A DNA stretch of 64,000 bases, from the sequence record MK962754.1; one strand, 5' to 3'. The DNA comes from Shigella phage JK36. The notes below the pieces were generated by a model. That model ran no database searches and had not been told where the DNA came from. It saw only the letters and a program-made list of their open reading frames with translations. A program made the translations under genes and the position numbers. Shown in pieces: positions 10,248-21,070 of the stretch (its first letter is position 1; every line of letters starts with the position of its first letter).

Positions 10248-10916
10248 TTATTTTAATGTTACGAAAGAAGAATTACGAGTTTCACGAATTAGAACTGATC
10301 CATCGCGATTAATATAATAAATTAAGCTAAATAATGTTTGGTGAGCAGAAGCGTGCACAAAACTGGTTGGACGAGATTTCCAATCTGGGGTTTCGGCTAT
10401 CCATTGATAAATCCACCAAGGAACAGTAACATATCCTGGGGCTTTGCCTAATTTAATGAGTGTAGGACTAAAATTTTCAGGCAGAACAAATTTTACTTCT
10501 TTATTTACCTCTGTCTCAGGCTCTTTTTCAGATTCAACAACCTGAGTAATTGCTTCTTCGAATTTATCATGGTCGAATTCTTTTTCTTGTTCGACAACTT
10601 CTAATACTTCAACTTGTTCTGTTGGAGAATCAAACAACAGAATAGCTTCTTCTTTAACTTCTTCGTTGGTGAAATTAACACCGTCCACATCATCTGCGGC
10701 AGTAATTAAATCGGTGATAGATAATCCATCGGTTTCAGGTAATGGTTCATCAGCCAGTGCGTTAAGAGCTTCTTCGATATCAATAACAATATTATCGAAT
10801 GATTTTGTTTTCTTAACACTAATGCCAAATTGTTTCGCATATTCGAACAGTTTAGCTTTGGCTTCCTTTTTATCAGAAAGAGCACGTAACTCTTCAATAT
10901 AGTCTTTATCGATCAT
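10248..10916 (-). CDS. inh: probable Inh, inhibitor of prohead protease
   Basis: 222 aa ORF in the T4 inh position between hoc and uvsW; acidic. Confidence 0.6.
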   Translation of the reverse strand: MIDKDYIEELRALSDKKEAKAKLFEYAKQFGISVKKTKSFDNIVIDIEEALNALADEPLPETDGLSITDLITAADDVDGVNFTNEEVKEEAILLFDSPTEQVEVLEVVEQEKEFDHDKFEEAITQVVESEKEPETEVNKEVKFVLPENFSPTLIKLGKAPGYVTVPWWIYQWIAETPDWKSRPTSFVHASAHQTLFSLIYYINRDGSVLIRETRNSSFVTLK

Positions 10917-10929
10917 GATATTTCCTCAT

Positions 10930-10937
10930 TATAAATA
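10930..10937 (+). promoter_or_regulatory. late promoter TATAAATA upstream of uvsW
   Basis: exact TATAAATA about 30 nt upstream of the uvsW ATG. Confidence 0.55.
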
Positions 10938-10966
10938 TAACTATATTTATTACATGGTAATTTGAC

Positions 10967-12481
10967 ATGACTGACATTAAAGTACATTTTCATGATTTTA
11001 GTCACGTGCGCATTGAATGCGACGAAAGTACGTTTTACGAACTTCGTGACTTTTTTAGCTTTGAAGCTGACGGGTATAAATTTAACCCAAAATATCGCTA
11101 TGGGCAATGGGATGGTAGAATTCGACTTTTAGATTACAACCGTTTGTTACCATATGGACTTGTAGGACAAATAAAAAAGTTCTGTAGCAATATGAGTTAT
11201 TCTGTATGGATTGACCCTAAAATCTTTGAGACCGAAGACCTTACCAGAGAAGATTTTGACGCATGGCTTTCTAAACAAGAAATTTATTCGGGCAACTCCA
11301 AAATCGAACCACATTGGTATCAAAAAGATGCAGTATATGAAGGACTAGTTAATCGTCGTCGAATTTTAAACCTTCCGACATCAGCAGGTAAATCACTAAT
11401 CCAAGCACTTTTAGCTCGGTATTATCTAGAGAACTATGAAGGTAAAATTCTCATTATCGTCCCTACAACAGCATTGACAACCCAGATGGCTAATGATTTT
11501 GTTGATTATCGCTTGTTTAGTCATTCGATGATTAAGAAAATTGGCGGTGGTGCTGATAAAGCAGACAAATCTAAAAACGACGCTCCAATTATTGTTGGCA
11601 CATGGCAAACGGTAGTTAAGCAGCCTAAAGAATGGTTCTCTCAGTTCGGTATGATGATGAACGATGAATGCCACTTAGCAACAGGCAAAAGTATTTCTTC
11701 AATCATCGCAGGATTAAATAATTGTATGTTTAAATTCGGTTTATCTGGCTCATTAAGAGACGGAAAAGCCAATGTAATGCAGTACGTGGGTATGTTCGGC
11801 GAAATCTTCCGTCCTGTTAGCACGTCTAAATTAATGGAAGATGGACAGGTAACTGAGCTTAAGATTAATAGTATTTTCCTTCGTTATCCGGACGAATTCA
11901 CTGTTAAATTAAAAGGTAAAACATACCAAGAAGAAGTTAAAATTATTACCGGACTAAAACGTCGTACAAAGTGGATTGCTCAACTTTCAGTCAAATTGGC
12001 TAAGAAAGACGAGAACGCTTTTGTAATGTTTAAACACGTTACACACGGTAAAGAAATATTTGAAGCTATTAAAGAGCTTGGATACGAAAAAGTTTATTAC
12101 GTATCAGGTGAAGTTGATACTGAAACACGTAACGCGCTTAAAGTCATGGCAGAAAATGGTAAAGGCATTATTATTGTCGCATCATATGGAGTATTCTCTA
12201 CTGGTATTTCAGTCAAGAATCTTCATCATGTTATTTTTGCCCATGGTGTTAAATCAAAAATTATCGTACTTCAAACCGTAGGTCGCGTGCTTCGCAAGCA
12301 TGGTTCTAAATCTGTTGCTACAGTTTGGGATCTCATCGACGATGCAGGTGTAAAACCTAAATCATTAAATACTAAAAAGAAGTATACTCATCTTAATTAC
12401 TTGTTAAAACACGGTATTGATCGTATCCAACGTTACGCTGATGAGAAATTTAACTATGTAATGAAAACAATTAATTTATAA
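10967..12481 (+). CDS. uvsW: UvsW SF2 DNA/RNA helicase
   Basis: 504 aa; Walker A PTSAGKS and DECH box; strong match to remembered T4 UvsW. Confidence 0.92.
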   Translation: MTDIKVHFHDFSHVRIECDESTFYELRDFFSFEADGYKFNPKYRYGQWDGRIRLLDYNRLLPYGLVGQIKKFCSNMSYSVWIDPKIFETEDLTREDFDAWLSKQEIYSGNSKIEPHWYQKDAVYEGLVNRRRILNLPTSAGKSLIQALLARYYLENYEGKILIIVPTTALTTQMANDFVDYRLFSHSMIKKIGGGADKADKSKNDAPIIVGTWQTVVKQPKEWFSQFGMMMNDECHLATGKSISSIIAGLNNCMFKFGLSGSLRDGKANVMQYVGMFGEIFRPVSTSKLMEDGQVTELKINSIFLRYPDEFTVKLKGKTYQEEVKIITGLKRRTKWIAQLSVKLAKKDENAFVMFKHVTHGKEIFEAIKELGYEKVYYVSGEVDTETRNALKVMAENGKGIIIVASYGVFSTGISVKNLHHVIFAHGVKSKIIVLQTVGRVLRKHGSKSVATVWDLIDDAGVKPKSLNTKKKYTHLNYLLKHGIDRIQRYADEKFNYVMKTINL

Positions 12482-12506
12482 GGGCTTCGGCCCTTAGGAG
12501 ATAAAA

Positions 12507-12737
12507 ATGGTACTTGAATTTAAACAATTTTTATACGAAGCATCTATTGACGAATTCATGGGTAAAATTGCTAGTTGTCATACCCTAGAAGGGCTTGAAG
12601 AATTGGAAGCTTATTATAAGAAACGTATAAAAGAAACGGAATTAAAAGATACAGATGATATTTCTGTCAGGGATGCCTTAGCAGGTAAGCGTGCCGAACT
12701 TGAAGGCGATGATGAGGATGTGGAAGAAGACTTCTAA
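12507..12737 (+). CDS. uvsW.1: UvsW.1 small acidic protein
   Basis: 76 aa ORF with GGAG RBS immediately after uvsW. Confidence 0.7.
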   Translation: MVLEFKQFLYEASIDEFMGKIASCHTLEGLEELEAYYKKRIKETELKDTDDISVRDALAGKRAELEGDDEDVEEDF

Positions 12738-12741
12738 TTAA

Positions 12742-12772
12742 AAAAAAAGGCCCAACCTTTTTGGAAGGGCCA
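12742..12772 (-). terminator. terminator hairpin (GGCCC...GGGCC) + U9 on the minus strand
   Basis: stem followed by nine T on the minus strand. Confidence 0.5.
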
Positions 12773-12797
12773 AAAACCATAGGCAAAAAAGGTAACA

Positions 12798-12965
12798 CTA
12801 TAGTAAAAGTTGGGTTTCGTTCAATTGCTCTTCTGAACTTTCTGAAACCGGCAATTGTTGGACATAATTATAACAAGGACCAGGATGTGCTGGACCTTTG
12901 TCTGTTTCAACAACCAATGCAGAATCGATTGGAGTTTTACAGACAACACAAATCTTATCTGACAT
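12798..12965 (-). CDS. small Cys-containing protein (about 55 aa), uvsY.-2-like position
   Basis: hand-translated; strong AGGAGG RBS 5 nt upstream of ATG; below the 60-aa cutoff of the ORF track. Confidence 0.5.
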   Translation of the reverse strand: MSDKICVVCKTPIDSALVVETDKGPAHPGPCYNYVQQLPVSESSEEQLNETQLLL

Positions 12966-12997
12966 GATTGCCTCCTAAGTTGAAATTACATATCTAT

Positions 12998-13222
12998 TTA
13001 TACCACTCGCATGCACATATCGATACCCATATCTTTTGTATAAAAATACTCGTCGATGTACCCAGCAAACTTCCCTTTAATATAAAGGACGTCTTCGCCA
13101 CAAGGGTGGTCTGCCAGGATACGAATATCCTGACGACGTAGACGATACTTTTCCATTAAGAATTTAATTTCAGTTTCAAATTCTTCGTCATTATTAAAGG
13201 CATCTTCAATTGAATAACGCAT
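12998..13222 (-). CDS. hypothetical protein (74 aa), uvsY.-1-like position
   Basis: ORF abutting the uvsY stop. Confidence 0.55.
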   Translation of the reverse strand: MRYSIEDAFNNDEEFETEIKFLMEKYRLRRQDIRILADHPCGEDVLYIKGKFAGYIDEYFYTKDMGIDMCMRVV

Positions 13223-13635
13223 TATTGCCCCGCTTCAAATTCTCGCATATCCTGGATATGTTTAAGTGCAAAACTACGAGACTTAACTGCGTCAAGTGCA
13301 CCACTACAGAACTCAAGTAAAATTCCCCAGTATTGTAAAGTAGTCTCTATTTTAAGCACATCTTTATCTGCAGCCAGGACAGTTTTCATTTCAGATTTCT
13401 CGTATCGGTCCATACTGAATTCATCACCGTCACCTCGTCCCGAGTAGTAGTCTAATCTTGCTTTTAGAGCAGTTTTCTTCTGAGTCTCTATACGCAACAT
13501 TTCTTTACGAATAAATGAGTGCTTACGTAGCCATTTGCTGTATAACTTAACATTATTCGCCGTCTCATATTGCAACTTTGTCGTATCAATAGCTAAGTCT
13601 GCGTCTAACTCTTCCTGTAAATCTTCCAGCTTCAT
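13222..13635 (-). CDS. uvsY: UvsY recombination mediator protein
   Basis: 137 aa; LDYYSGRGDGDEFSMDRYEKSEMKTVL matches remembered T4 UvsY. Confidence 0.92.
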   Translation of the reverse strand: MKLEDLQEELDADLAIDTTKLQYETANNVKLYSKWLRKHSFIRKEMLRIETQKKTALKARLDYYSGRGDGDEFSMDRYEKSEMKTVLAADKDVLKIETTLQYWGILLEFCSGALDAVKSRSFALKHIQDMREFEAGQ

Positions 13636-13687
13636 AATATTCTCTCTTTAACTAATAATCTCCCGGCTGTATCGGAAGGACCTAAAA

Positions 13688-13716
13688 CCATTATACATAG
13701 GTTGCCTTGAAGCATT
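13688..13716 (-). promoter_or_regulatory. middle (MotA-dependent) promoter for uvsY: MotA box aaTGCTTCA, 12-nt spacer, TATAAT
   Basis: minus-strand read AATGCTTCAaggcaacctatgTATAAT about 60 nt upstream of uvsY. Confidence 0.5.
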
Positions 13717-14113
13717 ACACTCTATTGCTTGACGCTAACTGAAGTTTAATTTGTTCAATATCGTCAGGGTTGTCTACGACCGAAAATCTAATCTCTACTA
13801 TAACCGTATAGTCATCATATACTGGCGTTACACTTACAGAAAGTTTGTCGATGCGTGGCTCATAGTTACGAACAGCTGCCTGGATATTACGCTCAATCGT
13901 ATCGGCTGTAAGTGGTGTCATGTTCTCGAAAAGTTCATCGACCAAATCACATCCAAATTCAGGGTCGAAGGGGCGTGAGCCTTTTCTAGTTGTCACTATA
14001 CCAAGAAGACTATTTTTAATAGAACGAAGTCCTACAGAACGAGCAACGTCCTTGTTCCAATCCATACGCATTTCTGGATCGATATCTGAATAAAGTTTAT
14101 TGATATTAGACAT
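13715..14113 (-). CDS. 25: baseplate wedge protein gp25
   Basis: 132 aa, strong match to remembered T4 gp25. Confidence 0.92.
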   Translation of the reverse strand: MSNINKLYSDIDPEMRMDWNKDVARSVGLRSIKNSLLGIVTTRKGSRPFDPEFGCDLVDELFENMTPLTADTIERNIQAAVRNYEPRIDKLSVSVTPVYDDYTVIVEIRFSVVDNPDDIEQIKLQLASSNRV

Positions 14114-14739
14114 TATAGTAACTCAAAGAATTCTTTGAGGCCTCGTATTGTGTGAACGTGTGACGCCCCACATTTGGGACATTTAATAGGGGTTGCCAGA
14201 TAAATTGACGGCGATACTAAAAGATTTTTAATATTGATCATGTCATCTTCTGTTATAAGGCCGTAAAGGTCGTTTATTTCTGCTTCAGTTAAATCTTCAA
14301 CAGGGATGGACTCTCCATTGACAAAAACGGCCTCAATACATGAAGCAATCATTAATGCGATATTTTTATCGTCAAATAATTTAGGTTGACGGAACTTAAT
14401 TTTAATACCGCTGAACGAATACCAGGGATCGGCCTGTTCATCTAATTGAGTGTGCAATAAATTCATATAGACTTGAAATGAATGCCCACAGGAACAATTC
14501 CAGGTGTGTTCTTGATTCACTTCACCTAATGAATGGGCCCACAGATTTACCAACAATAACTCGGCTTCTTGTTTAGTCAAGTTTTTAGCATTAGAGCAAT
14601 TAGTGATAATATTGTTCACTGCGGATTCAATAGTACCGGTAGCCCGCGCACCTATGAGTCCTAAATATTCTTTTAAAGTAAAGGCTCTACAATTCACTTC
14701 TTTATCGCCTAAACGTACTGTAAACGTATATTTGTACAT
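14113..14739 (-). CDS. 26: baseplate hub subunit gp26
   Basis: 208 aa, synteny; ATGA overlap with gene 25. Confidence 0.85.
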   Translation of the reverse strand: MYKYTFTVRLGDKEVNCRAFTLKEYLGLIGARATGTIESAVNNIITNCSNAKNLTKQEAELLLVNLWAHSLGEVNQEHTWNCSCGHSFQVYMNLLHTQLDEQADPWYSFSGIKIKFRQPKLFDDKNIALMIASCIEAVFVNGESIPVEDLTEAEINDLYGLITEDDMINIKNLLVSPSIYLATPIKCPKCGASHVHTIRGLKEFFELL

Positions 14740-14750
14740 GTTAACTCCTT

Positions 14751-14769
14751 TATTGTGTATTTATAAATA
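14751..14769. promoter_or_regulatory. back-to-back late promoters: palindromic TATTTATAAATA reads TATAAATA on both strands (genes 26/25 leftward, 51 rightward)
   Basis: single 48-nt divergent intergenic region. Confidence 0.55.
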
Positions 14770-14786
14770 ATAGAAAAGGAGTAATT

Positions 14787-15539
14787 ATGGCTAATATAAT
14801 TCGTTGTAAATTACCGGATGGTGTTCATCGTTTCAAGCCGTTCACCGTAGCGGATTATAGAGACTTTTTACTAGTTAGAAATGATATCGAACATCGTTCG
14901 CCACAAGAACAAAAAGAAATAATTGCCGATCTGATTGATGATTATTTTGGCGAGTATCCTAAAACATGGCAACCATTTATATTCCTGCAAGTTTTTGCAG
15001 GCTCTATAGGCAAAACAAAAGTTCCCGTTATTTTCACTTGCCCTAAATGCTCTAAAGAAAAAACTGCACCATTTGAGATATATCAAAAAGAACTAGTCGA
15101 ACCTGAACTTGATGTTGCTGGTATAAAAATACGTTTTTCTTTCCCTGAAAAGTTTTATGACAACAAGGCATTAATGATAAGTGAAAACATAAAAGAAATA
15201 TATTATAATGACGAATGGTACCCATGGAATGATTTGACTGAAGAGAACCAAATCCAAGTAATAGAAGCAATAGACATTGACTCGCTCGAGAAGGTTATTG
15301 CTTCTATGAACCCTATTAATTTGACCCTTAGATTAGGTTGTTGTGAACGACATGTTAAAACATATACTGATATCTTAGAGGTTTTTAAATTGTTAGTTAA
15401 CCCTGATGAGATTTTTACATTCTATCAGATAAACCATTCACTAGTAAAGAGTCAATACACATTGGATTCTATTATGCAAATGATTCCTGTTGAACGTGGT
15501 ATTGCTTTAACATTAGTAGAAAAGGACCATAAAAAATGA
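14787..15539 (+). CDS. 51: baseplate hub assembly catalyst gp51
   Basis: 250 aa, synteny; paralogous to gp26 by eye. Confidence 0.85.
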   Translation: MANIIRCKLPDGVHRFKPFTVADYRDFLLVRNDIEHRSPQEQKEIIADLIDDYFGEYPKTWQPFIFLQVFAGSIGKTKVPVIFTCPKCSKEKTAPFEIYQKELVEPELDVAGIKIRFSFPEKFYDNKALMISENIKEIYYNDEWYPWNDLTEENQIQVIEAIDIDSLEKVIASMNPINLTLRLGCCERHVKTYTDILEVFKLLVNPDEIFTFYQINHSLVKSQYTLDSIMQMIPVERGIALTLVEKDHKK

Positions 15540-16708
15540 AAGTATTCCAACGTCCAGGATATCCTAACTTAAGCGTTAAATTATACCAAGATTATTCGGC
15601 TTGGCAAGAAAATAGATACGTTGAACTCGCGGCAACAATAACAACTTTAACCATGCGAGATTCGCTATATGGAAGAAATGAAGGGATTCTTCAATTTTAT
15701 GACACTAAAAACATCCACACTAAAATGGACGGTAGACAGATAGTTCAAATCTCTGTTTCAAATTCAAACACACCTCTCCAAGTTAGAACTCGAATTTATG
15801 GATGTAGACATTATTCTGTGTCTGTGGACTCAAAAGGTGACAATATTATTGCAATTGAGCTTGGAACAATACATTCTATAGAGAACCTTAAATTTGGGCG
15901 TCCATTCTTCCCGGACGCAGGCGAATCTATACGTGAAATGTTAGGTGTCATATACAAAGACCGTGCGTTAATTACTCCGCCAATAAACACTATTAATGCT
16001 TATGTTCCTGATATCCCTTGGACAAGCACATTTGATGATTATTTGGCATATGTCAGAGAATTAGGACTTGCTACAGCGAGTGATAAGTTCGTATTCGTAT
16101 GGCAAGATATTTTAGGCGTAAACATGATTGACTACGATACTCTTATTGGTCAGGAAGGCATTAAGATGATTGTAGGTGAGCCAAATACTGTAGGTCAGTA
16201 TATTCAAGAGCTTGAGTATCCATTAGTATGGGATTTCACCTGGATGACTAAAGCTAACCAATTTACAAGAGACCCTATTAAAAACGCCACGATATTCGCT
16301 CATTCATTTTTAGATACATCTATTCCGGTTATTGTTACAGGCGATGGTGATAATGCTATTCTTGTGTCAAGATCCGGTGGATATTCCGAAATGACCTATC
16401 GTAATGGATTTGAAGAAGCAAGTCGTCTTCAGACAATGGCTCAATATGACGGATATGCTAAATGCACTACTACAGGCAATTTTAACATAACGCCTGCTAC
16501 TAAAATTATATTTGTTGACCAAAAGAACCAATTCAAATCCGAATTTTACGTAGATGAAGTTATTCATGAGTTATCAAATAACAACTCACAAACTCATCTG
16601 TACATGTTTACCAACTCAATGGTGTTAGAACCTGTTAACCCAGTTAAGGTTAAAAATGAACTTAAATCTGATTCTACCTCTAAAGAAAATAATTCTACCA
16701 CAGTCTAA
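15536..16708 (+). CDS. 27: baseplate hub subunit gp27
   Basis: 390 aa (T4 391), synteny. Confidence 0.9.
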   Translation: MKVFQRPGYPNLSVKLYQDYSAWQENRYVELAATITTLTMRDSLYGRNEGILQFYDTKNIHTKMDGRQIVQISVSNSNTPLQVRTRIYGCRHYSVSVDSKGDNIIAIELGTIHSIENLKFGRPFFPDAGESIREMLGVIYKDRALITPPINTINAYVPDIPWTSTFDDYLAYVRELGLATASDKFVFVWQDILGVNMIDYDTLIGQEGIKMIVGEPNTVGQYIQELEYPLVWDFTWMTKANQFTRDPIKNATIFAHSFLDTSIPVIVTGDGDNAILVSRSGGYSEMTYRNGFEEASRLQTMAQYDGYAKCTTTGNFNITPATKIIFVDQKNQFKSEFYVDEVIHELSNNNSQTHLYMFTNSMVLEPVNPVKVKNELKSDSTSKENNSTTV

Positions 16709-17189
16709 TAAAAAGGTAATGATTCCCAAATTAGGGCTCAAACATTATAATCTTTTAAAGGACGTTAAAGGCCCTGATGAAAACATGAAAATCTTAGCTG
16801 ATTCTATTTGTAAAAATATGAGTCCCGCAGATTTTGATTTTGCATGTCTACACATATTGGAATTTAATAACAAACTTAAGTCTGAAGTTGAAAAAGATGG
16901 ATTCACTTATAAACTAGATGACGTCTATGTATGCCAACGAACAGAATTCCAATTTCAAGGTAATACTTTTTATTTTAGACCCCCAGGCAAATTTGAACAA
17001 TTCGCTACAATCAGTGAAATGCTATCAAATTGCTTAATAAAAGTTAATGACGAAGAGAAAGAAATTTCTTTCCTTGAGATGCCTGCTTTTGTAATCAAAT
17101 GGGCAGAAGACCTTTCGACAACTATTGCTATTCCAGGCCCTAATGGTCCTATTAAGGGTATAGCAGAAATTATTGGATTGCTTGAATGA
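16656..17189 (+). CDS. 28: baseplate hub distal subunit gp28
   Basis: 177 aa (same as T4); overlaps gene 27 3' end in another frame. Confidence 0.85.
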   Translation: MNLNLILPLKKIILPQSNKKVMIPKLGLKHYNLLKDVKGPDENMKILADSICKNMSPADFDFACLHILEFNNKLKSEVEKDGFTYKLDDVYVCQRTEFQFQGNTFYFRPPGKFEQFATISEMLSNCLIKVNDEEKEISFLEMPAFVIKWAEDLSTTIAIPGPNGPIKGIAEIIGLLE

Positions 17190-18958
17190 AACCTGAAGAA
17201 ATGAAATCCATGCGTAGAAATAAGGTCATTGCCGATAATAAACCACAAAAAGTAGCTGCTGATGCAGCTACCGATTCATTAGAAGCATTGAATAACATTT
17301 CATCAAAACTAGACGATGTCCAAGCCGCGTCTGAACTCACATCACAAAGTGTAGAAGATAAAGGCAATGGAATTATTGAATCAATTGGAGACTTAAAGAA
17401 TTCGACAGATAATACTGCTGAAGGCACAGAGCTTATCGCAGAAGTTATTGAAAAACAAACTGAAGTCACTAAAGGTATAAACGAAGTTTCTAGTGCAATA
17501 AGCTCTAAGTTAGACCGATTAGCTACATTATTAGAGCAAAAATTACAAACATCTACCGCTATTCAAAATACAGGAGGCACCTCTCTTGAAGTAATTGAGA
17601 ACGCAATACCTGTTAAAGTGGTTGAGAATGAAACTTCTGATGAGTTGTTTAAAGCATTCCCTACACCTGAAAAGATTGATAATAAGCCAGACGAAGATTT
17701 CTTCCCAGCACCGGTTCAAGAAAGTGCTAATTCTACTTCCGATTCTAAAGGCGGAATTAGCTTTAAATTGAGCGATAAAATTGCAATGCTCACCAAAACA
17801 GTTCAAACCGGGTTTAATAAATCAATATCAATTTCAGACAGAATTGCTGGAATGCTTTTCAAATACACTATAACGGCTGCTATTGAAGCAGCAAAAATGG
17901 CCGCACTTATTCTTGGTATTGTTATCGGTATTGATTTATTGATAGTCCATTTCAAATATTGGACAGACAAGTTCACTTCTGCCTGGGATTTATTTGATGA
18001 AAACTTTACTAAATTCTCCGATGAAGCTAAAGAGTGGGGTAAATTCTTAAGTGATATATTCACTTCTATTGACTCTATAAAACAATTGTGGGAAGCTGGA
18101 GACTGGGGTGGTTTAACCGTTGCTATTGTCAAAGGTGTAGGAACAGCATTAATGAACTTAGGTGAACTAATTCAATTAGGAATGGCTAAACTCTCCGCGT
18201 CTATATTGCGTGCTATAGGTTTTGGTGATACCGCGGACGAAATAGAAGGACGTGCTTTAGAAGGATTCCAAGAAACTACTGGGAACAAATTAAAGAAAGA
18301 AGACCAAGAGAAAGTCGCTAAATATCAAATGAAACGTGACGATGGGGAATTAGGAACCGTTTCTAAAGGTCTTGATATGTTACAACGCGGCAAAACATTC
18401 GTTACTAACTGGGTTCGTGGTAATGACAATAAAGAAGAGTTTAGTACAAGCGATGAGCGTGCTGCGGAATCAGCAAAATTAAAAGAGTTACCTGAAGAGG
18501 AGCGTAAAGAGGCGTATATAAAAGCTAATGAAACTCGTGCGGCACTGGTTAGATTTGAGGATTATATCGATAAAATCGATATGACTAATCCGGAAAATGC
18601 TAAAAACGTCGAGAAGTCTTATGCTGATTTAAGTAAACTTATTAAAGACCCTGAACTTAATAAAACTCCTGTTGTTAAAAAGGAACTAGATGCTAGATTT
18701 GAAAAGCTAAATAATAAAATGGCTGAAGCCAAAAAGGCTCAGACAACAGTTAAGCCTGAATCTTCGTCTAAATCTCCGGAAGCAAAACAAGTTCAGTCAA
18801 TAGAGAAAGGACGTGCTTCTGAATCTAAACAACAGCAACCGGTAGCGGCGATTAGTAACACAAATAATGTCGTCAAAAAGAATACCGTAGTCCAGAATAT
18901 GACCCCTGTAACAAGTACAACGGCTCCTGGAATTTTCCATGCCACCGGTGTTAATTAA
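17186..18958 (+). CDS. 29: baseplate hub subunit / tail length determinator gp29
   Basis: 590 aa (same as T4). Confidence 0.9.
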   Translation: MKPEEMKSMRRNKVIADNKPQKVAADAATDSLEALNNISSKLDDVQAASELTSQSVEDKGNGIIESIGDLKNSTDNTAEGTELIAEVIEKQTEVTKGINEVSSAISSKLDRLATLLEQKLQTSTAIQNTGGTSLEVIENAIPVKVVENETSDELFKAFPTPEKIDNKPDEDFFPAPVQESANSTSDSKGGISFKLSDKIAMLTKTVQTGFNKSISISDRIAGMLFKYTITAAIEAAKMAALILGIVIGIDLLIVHFKYWTDKFTSAWDLFDENFTKFSDEAKEWGKFLSDIFTSIDSIKQLWEAGDWGGLTVAIVKGVGTALMNLGELIQLGMAKLSASILRAIGFGDTADEIEGRALEGFQETTGNKLKKEDQEKVAKYQMKRDDGELGTVSKGLDMLQRGKTFVTNWVRGNDNKEEFSTSDERAAESAKLKELPEEERKEAYIKANETRAALVRFEDYIDKIDMTNPENAKNVEKSYADLSKLIKDPELNKTPVVKKELDARFEKLNNKMAEAKKAQTTVKPESSSKSPEAKQVQSIEKGRASESKQQQPVAAISNTNNVVKKNTVVQNMTPVTSTTAPGIFHATGVN

Positions 18959-18966
18959 GGATTATT

Positions 18967-20076
18967 ATGATTAGTGTAAAAGAAATAGTAGTAGATGCAA
19001 AGGATTTAAATAAAGCAATCCCAGTCTCAGAAAGTGCCGGGCAAAGCACTAAAACCGAAACAACCACTAAAACTTATGTTGCTCAATTTCCTACAGGAAG
19101 AGCAGCCGGAAATGACTCCACAGGAGACTTCCAGGTAACAGACCTTTATAAGAATGGATTATTATTTACCGCGTACAATATGTCTGCACGCGATTCAGGA
19201 TCCCTCAGGAATTTACGTCCGGCGTATGCCGGGACTTCATCTAATGGTATCATATCAGATTTAACTGACAACGTGAAAGATGCAGTGACTAAATTCTCAA
19301 ATGGCTTGCTTCCTGCCGGAGCTAATAAGTCTACTATAAACAAAACTCCTGTTGCTAATATACTTTTGCCACGTTCCAAATCTGATGTTGATACAACTTC
19401 ACATCGTTTTAATGATATCGGTGATAGCCTTATTACTAAAGGTGGAGGTACTGCTACGGGTGTTTTAAGTAACATTGCTTCTACTGCAGTTTTTGGTGCA
19501 TTAGATTCTATTACTCAAGGGCTTATGGCTGATAATAACGAACAGATTTATACGACTTCTCGTAGTATGTATGGTGGTGCTGAGAACCGTACTAAAGTCT
19601 TTACATGGGATTTAACTCCGCGTTCAACTGAAGACCTTATGGCTATTATAAACATTTACCAGTATTTTAACTATTTCTCATATGGTGAGACCGGTAAATC
19701 ACAGTACGCCCAAGAGATTAAAAGTTATTTAGACGAATGGTACCGTTCAACGTTTATTGAGCCTATGACGCCAGATGATGCAGTAAAAAATAAGACATTG
19801 TTTGAAAAGATTACTGCGTCATTAACAAATGTATTAGTTGTAAGCAACCCTACAATTTGGATGGTTAAAAACTTTGGTTATACGTCTAAATTTGATGGAT
19901 TAACTGACGTATTTGGTCCATGTCAAATTCAAAGCGTACGTTTTGATAAAACTCCAAATGGACAATTTAATGGTCTCGCTGTTGCTCCTAACTTACCATC
20001 AACATTTACGTTAGAGATAACAATGCGAGAAATTATTACATTAAACCGTTCTTCACTTTATGCGGGGACTTTCTAA
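18967..20076 (+). CDS. 48: baseplate tail tube cap gp48
   Basis: 369 aa, synteny. Confidence 0.88.
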   Translation: MISVKEIVVDAKDLNKAIPVSESAGQSTKTETTTKTYVAQFPTGRAAGNDSTGDFQVTDLYKNGLLFTAYNMSARDSGSLRNLRPAYAGTSSNGIISDLTDNVKDAVTKFSNGLLPAGANKSTINKTPVANILLPRSKSDVDTTSHRFNDIGDSLITKGGGTATGVLSNIASTAVFGALDSITQGLMADNNEQIYTTSRSMYGGAENRTKVFTWDLTPRSTEDLMAIINIYQYFNYFSYGETGKSQYAQEIKSYLDEWYRSTFIEPMTPDDAVKNKTLFEKITASLTNVLVVSNPTIWMVKNFGYTSKFDGLTDVFGPCQIQSVRFDKTPNGQFNGLAVAPNLPSTFTLEITMREIITLNRSSLYAGTF

Positions 20077-21038
20077 TGTACTCTTTAGAAGAATTTAATA
20101 ACCAAGCTATAAATGCAGATTTCCAACGAAACAATATGTTTAGTTGTGTATTTGCTACTACACCATCGACTAAATCATCTTCACTAATTTCGTCAATTGG
20201 TAGTTTTGCTTATAATAACTTAGGGTTGGATTCCGATTGGCTAGGATTGTCTCAAGGTGATATCAATCAGGGCGTAACAACCCTGATTACAGCAGGAACA
20301 CAGAAATTAATTCGAAAATCAGGTATAAGTAAATACCTGATTGGAGCAATGAGTCAACGTACGGTACAAAGCTTGTTAGGTGAGTTCACAGTAGGAGCTT
20401 ATCTGATAGACTTCTTCAATATGGCATATAATAATACAGGTTTAATGATTTATTCTGTAAAAATGCCTGAGAACCGATTATCTTATGAAACGGATTTCAA
20501 CTATAACTCCCCGAACATCCGAATTACCGGCCGTGAAATGGACCCGTTAGTAATAAGCTTTAGAATGGATTCTGAAGCATCTAACTTTAGAGCAATGCAA
20601 GACTGGGTAAACTCGGTCCAAGACCCTGTAACAGGTCTTCGCGCTTTACCACAAGACGTCGAAGCAGATATTCAGGTTAATTTACACGCACGAAATGGTT
20701 TACCACATACCGCTGTCATGTTCACAGGATGTATTCCTGTTAGTGTCTCTTCTCCTGAGTTAACGTATGATGGTGATAATCAGATAACAGTTTTTGATGT
20801 AACATTTGCTTATCGCGTTATGCAATCAGGTGCTGTAAATAGACAGGCTGCTTTAGAATGGCTGGAATCAGGACTTATTAGTAGTGTTTCAGGAATGTTT
20901 GGAAATAATCAGAATGATTCTGGACTAGGAAGTGCAGTATCAAGACTTTCTAGATTAGGTGGGACTGCTGGTGGTGTGTCTAATATAAACACATTGACAG
21001 GTGTGGTGAATTCTGCGTCAAGAGTTTTAGGACTATAA
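20076..21038 (+). CDS. 54: baseplate tail tube initiator gp54
   Basis: 320 aa (same as T4); ATGT/TAATG junction with 48. Confidence 0.88.
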   Translation: MYSLEEFNNQAINADFQRNNMFSCVFATTPSTKSSSLISSIGSFAYNNLGLDSDWLGLSQGDINQGVTTLITAGTQKLIRKSGISKYLIGAMSQRTVQSLLGEFTVGAYLIDFFNMAYNNTGLMIYSVKMPENRLSYETDFNYNSPNIRITGREMDPLVISFRMDSEASNFRAMQDWVNSVQDPVTGLRALPQDVEADIQVNLHARNGLPHTAVMFTGCIPVSVSSPELTYDGDNQITVFDVTFAYRVMQSGAVNRQAALEWLESGLISSVSGMFGNNQNDSGLGSAVSRLSRLGGTAGGVSNINTLTGVVNSASRVLGL

Positions 21039-21044
21039 GAAAAA

Positions 21045-21068
21045 GGGAGACAACGTCTCCCTTTAGGG
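21045..21068. terminator. bidirectional terminator hairpin GGGAGAcaacgUCUCCC between gene 54 (+) and the minus-strand early block
   Basis: GC stem flanked by T-runs on both strands. Confidence 0.7.
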
Positions 21069-21070
21069 GT

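Noticed and set aside
12761-12967. Plus-strand 68-aa ORF after uvsW.1
   Set aside because: It overlaps a minus-strand small gene that has a strong AGGAGG RBS, and it spans the terminator hairpin. It has no RBS of its own.
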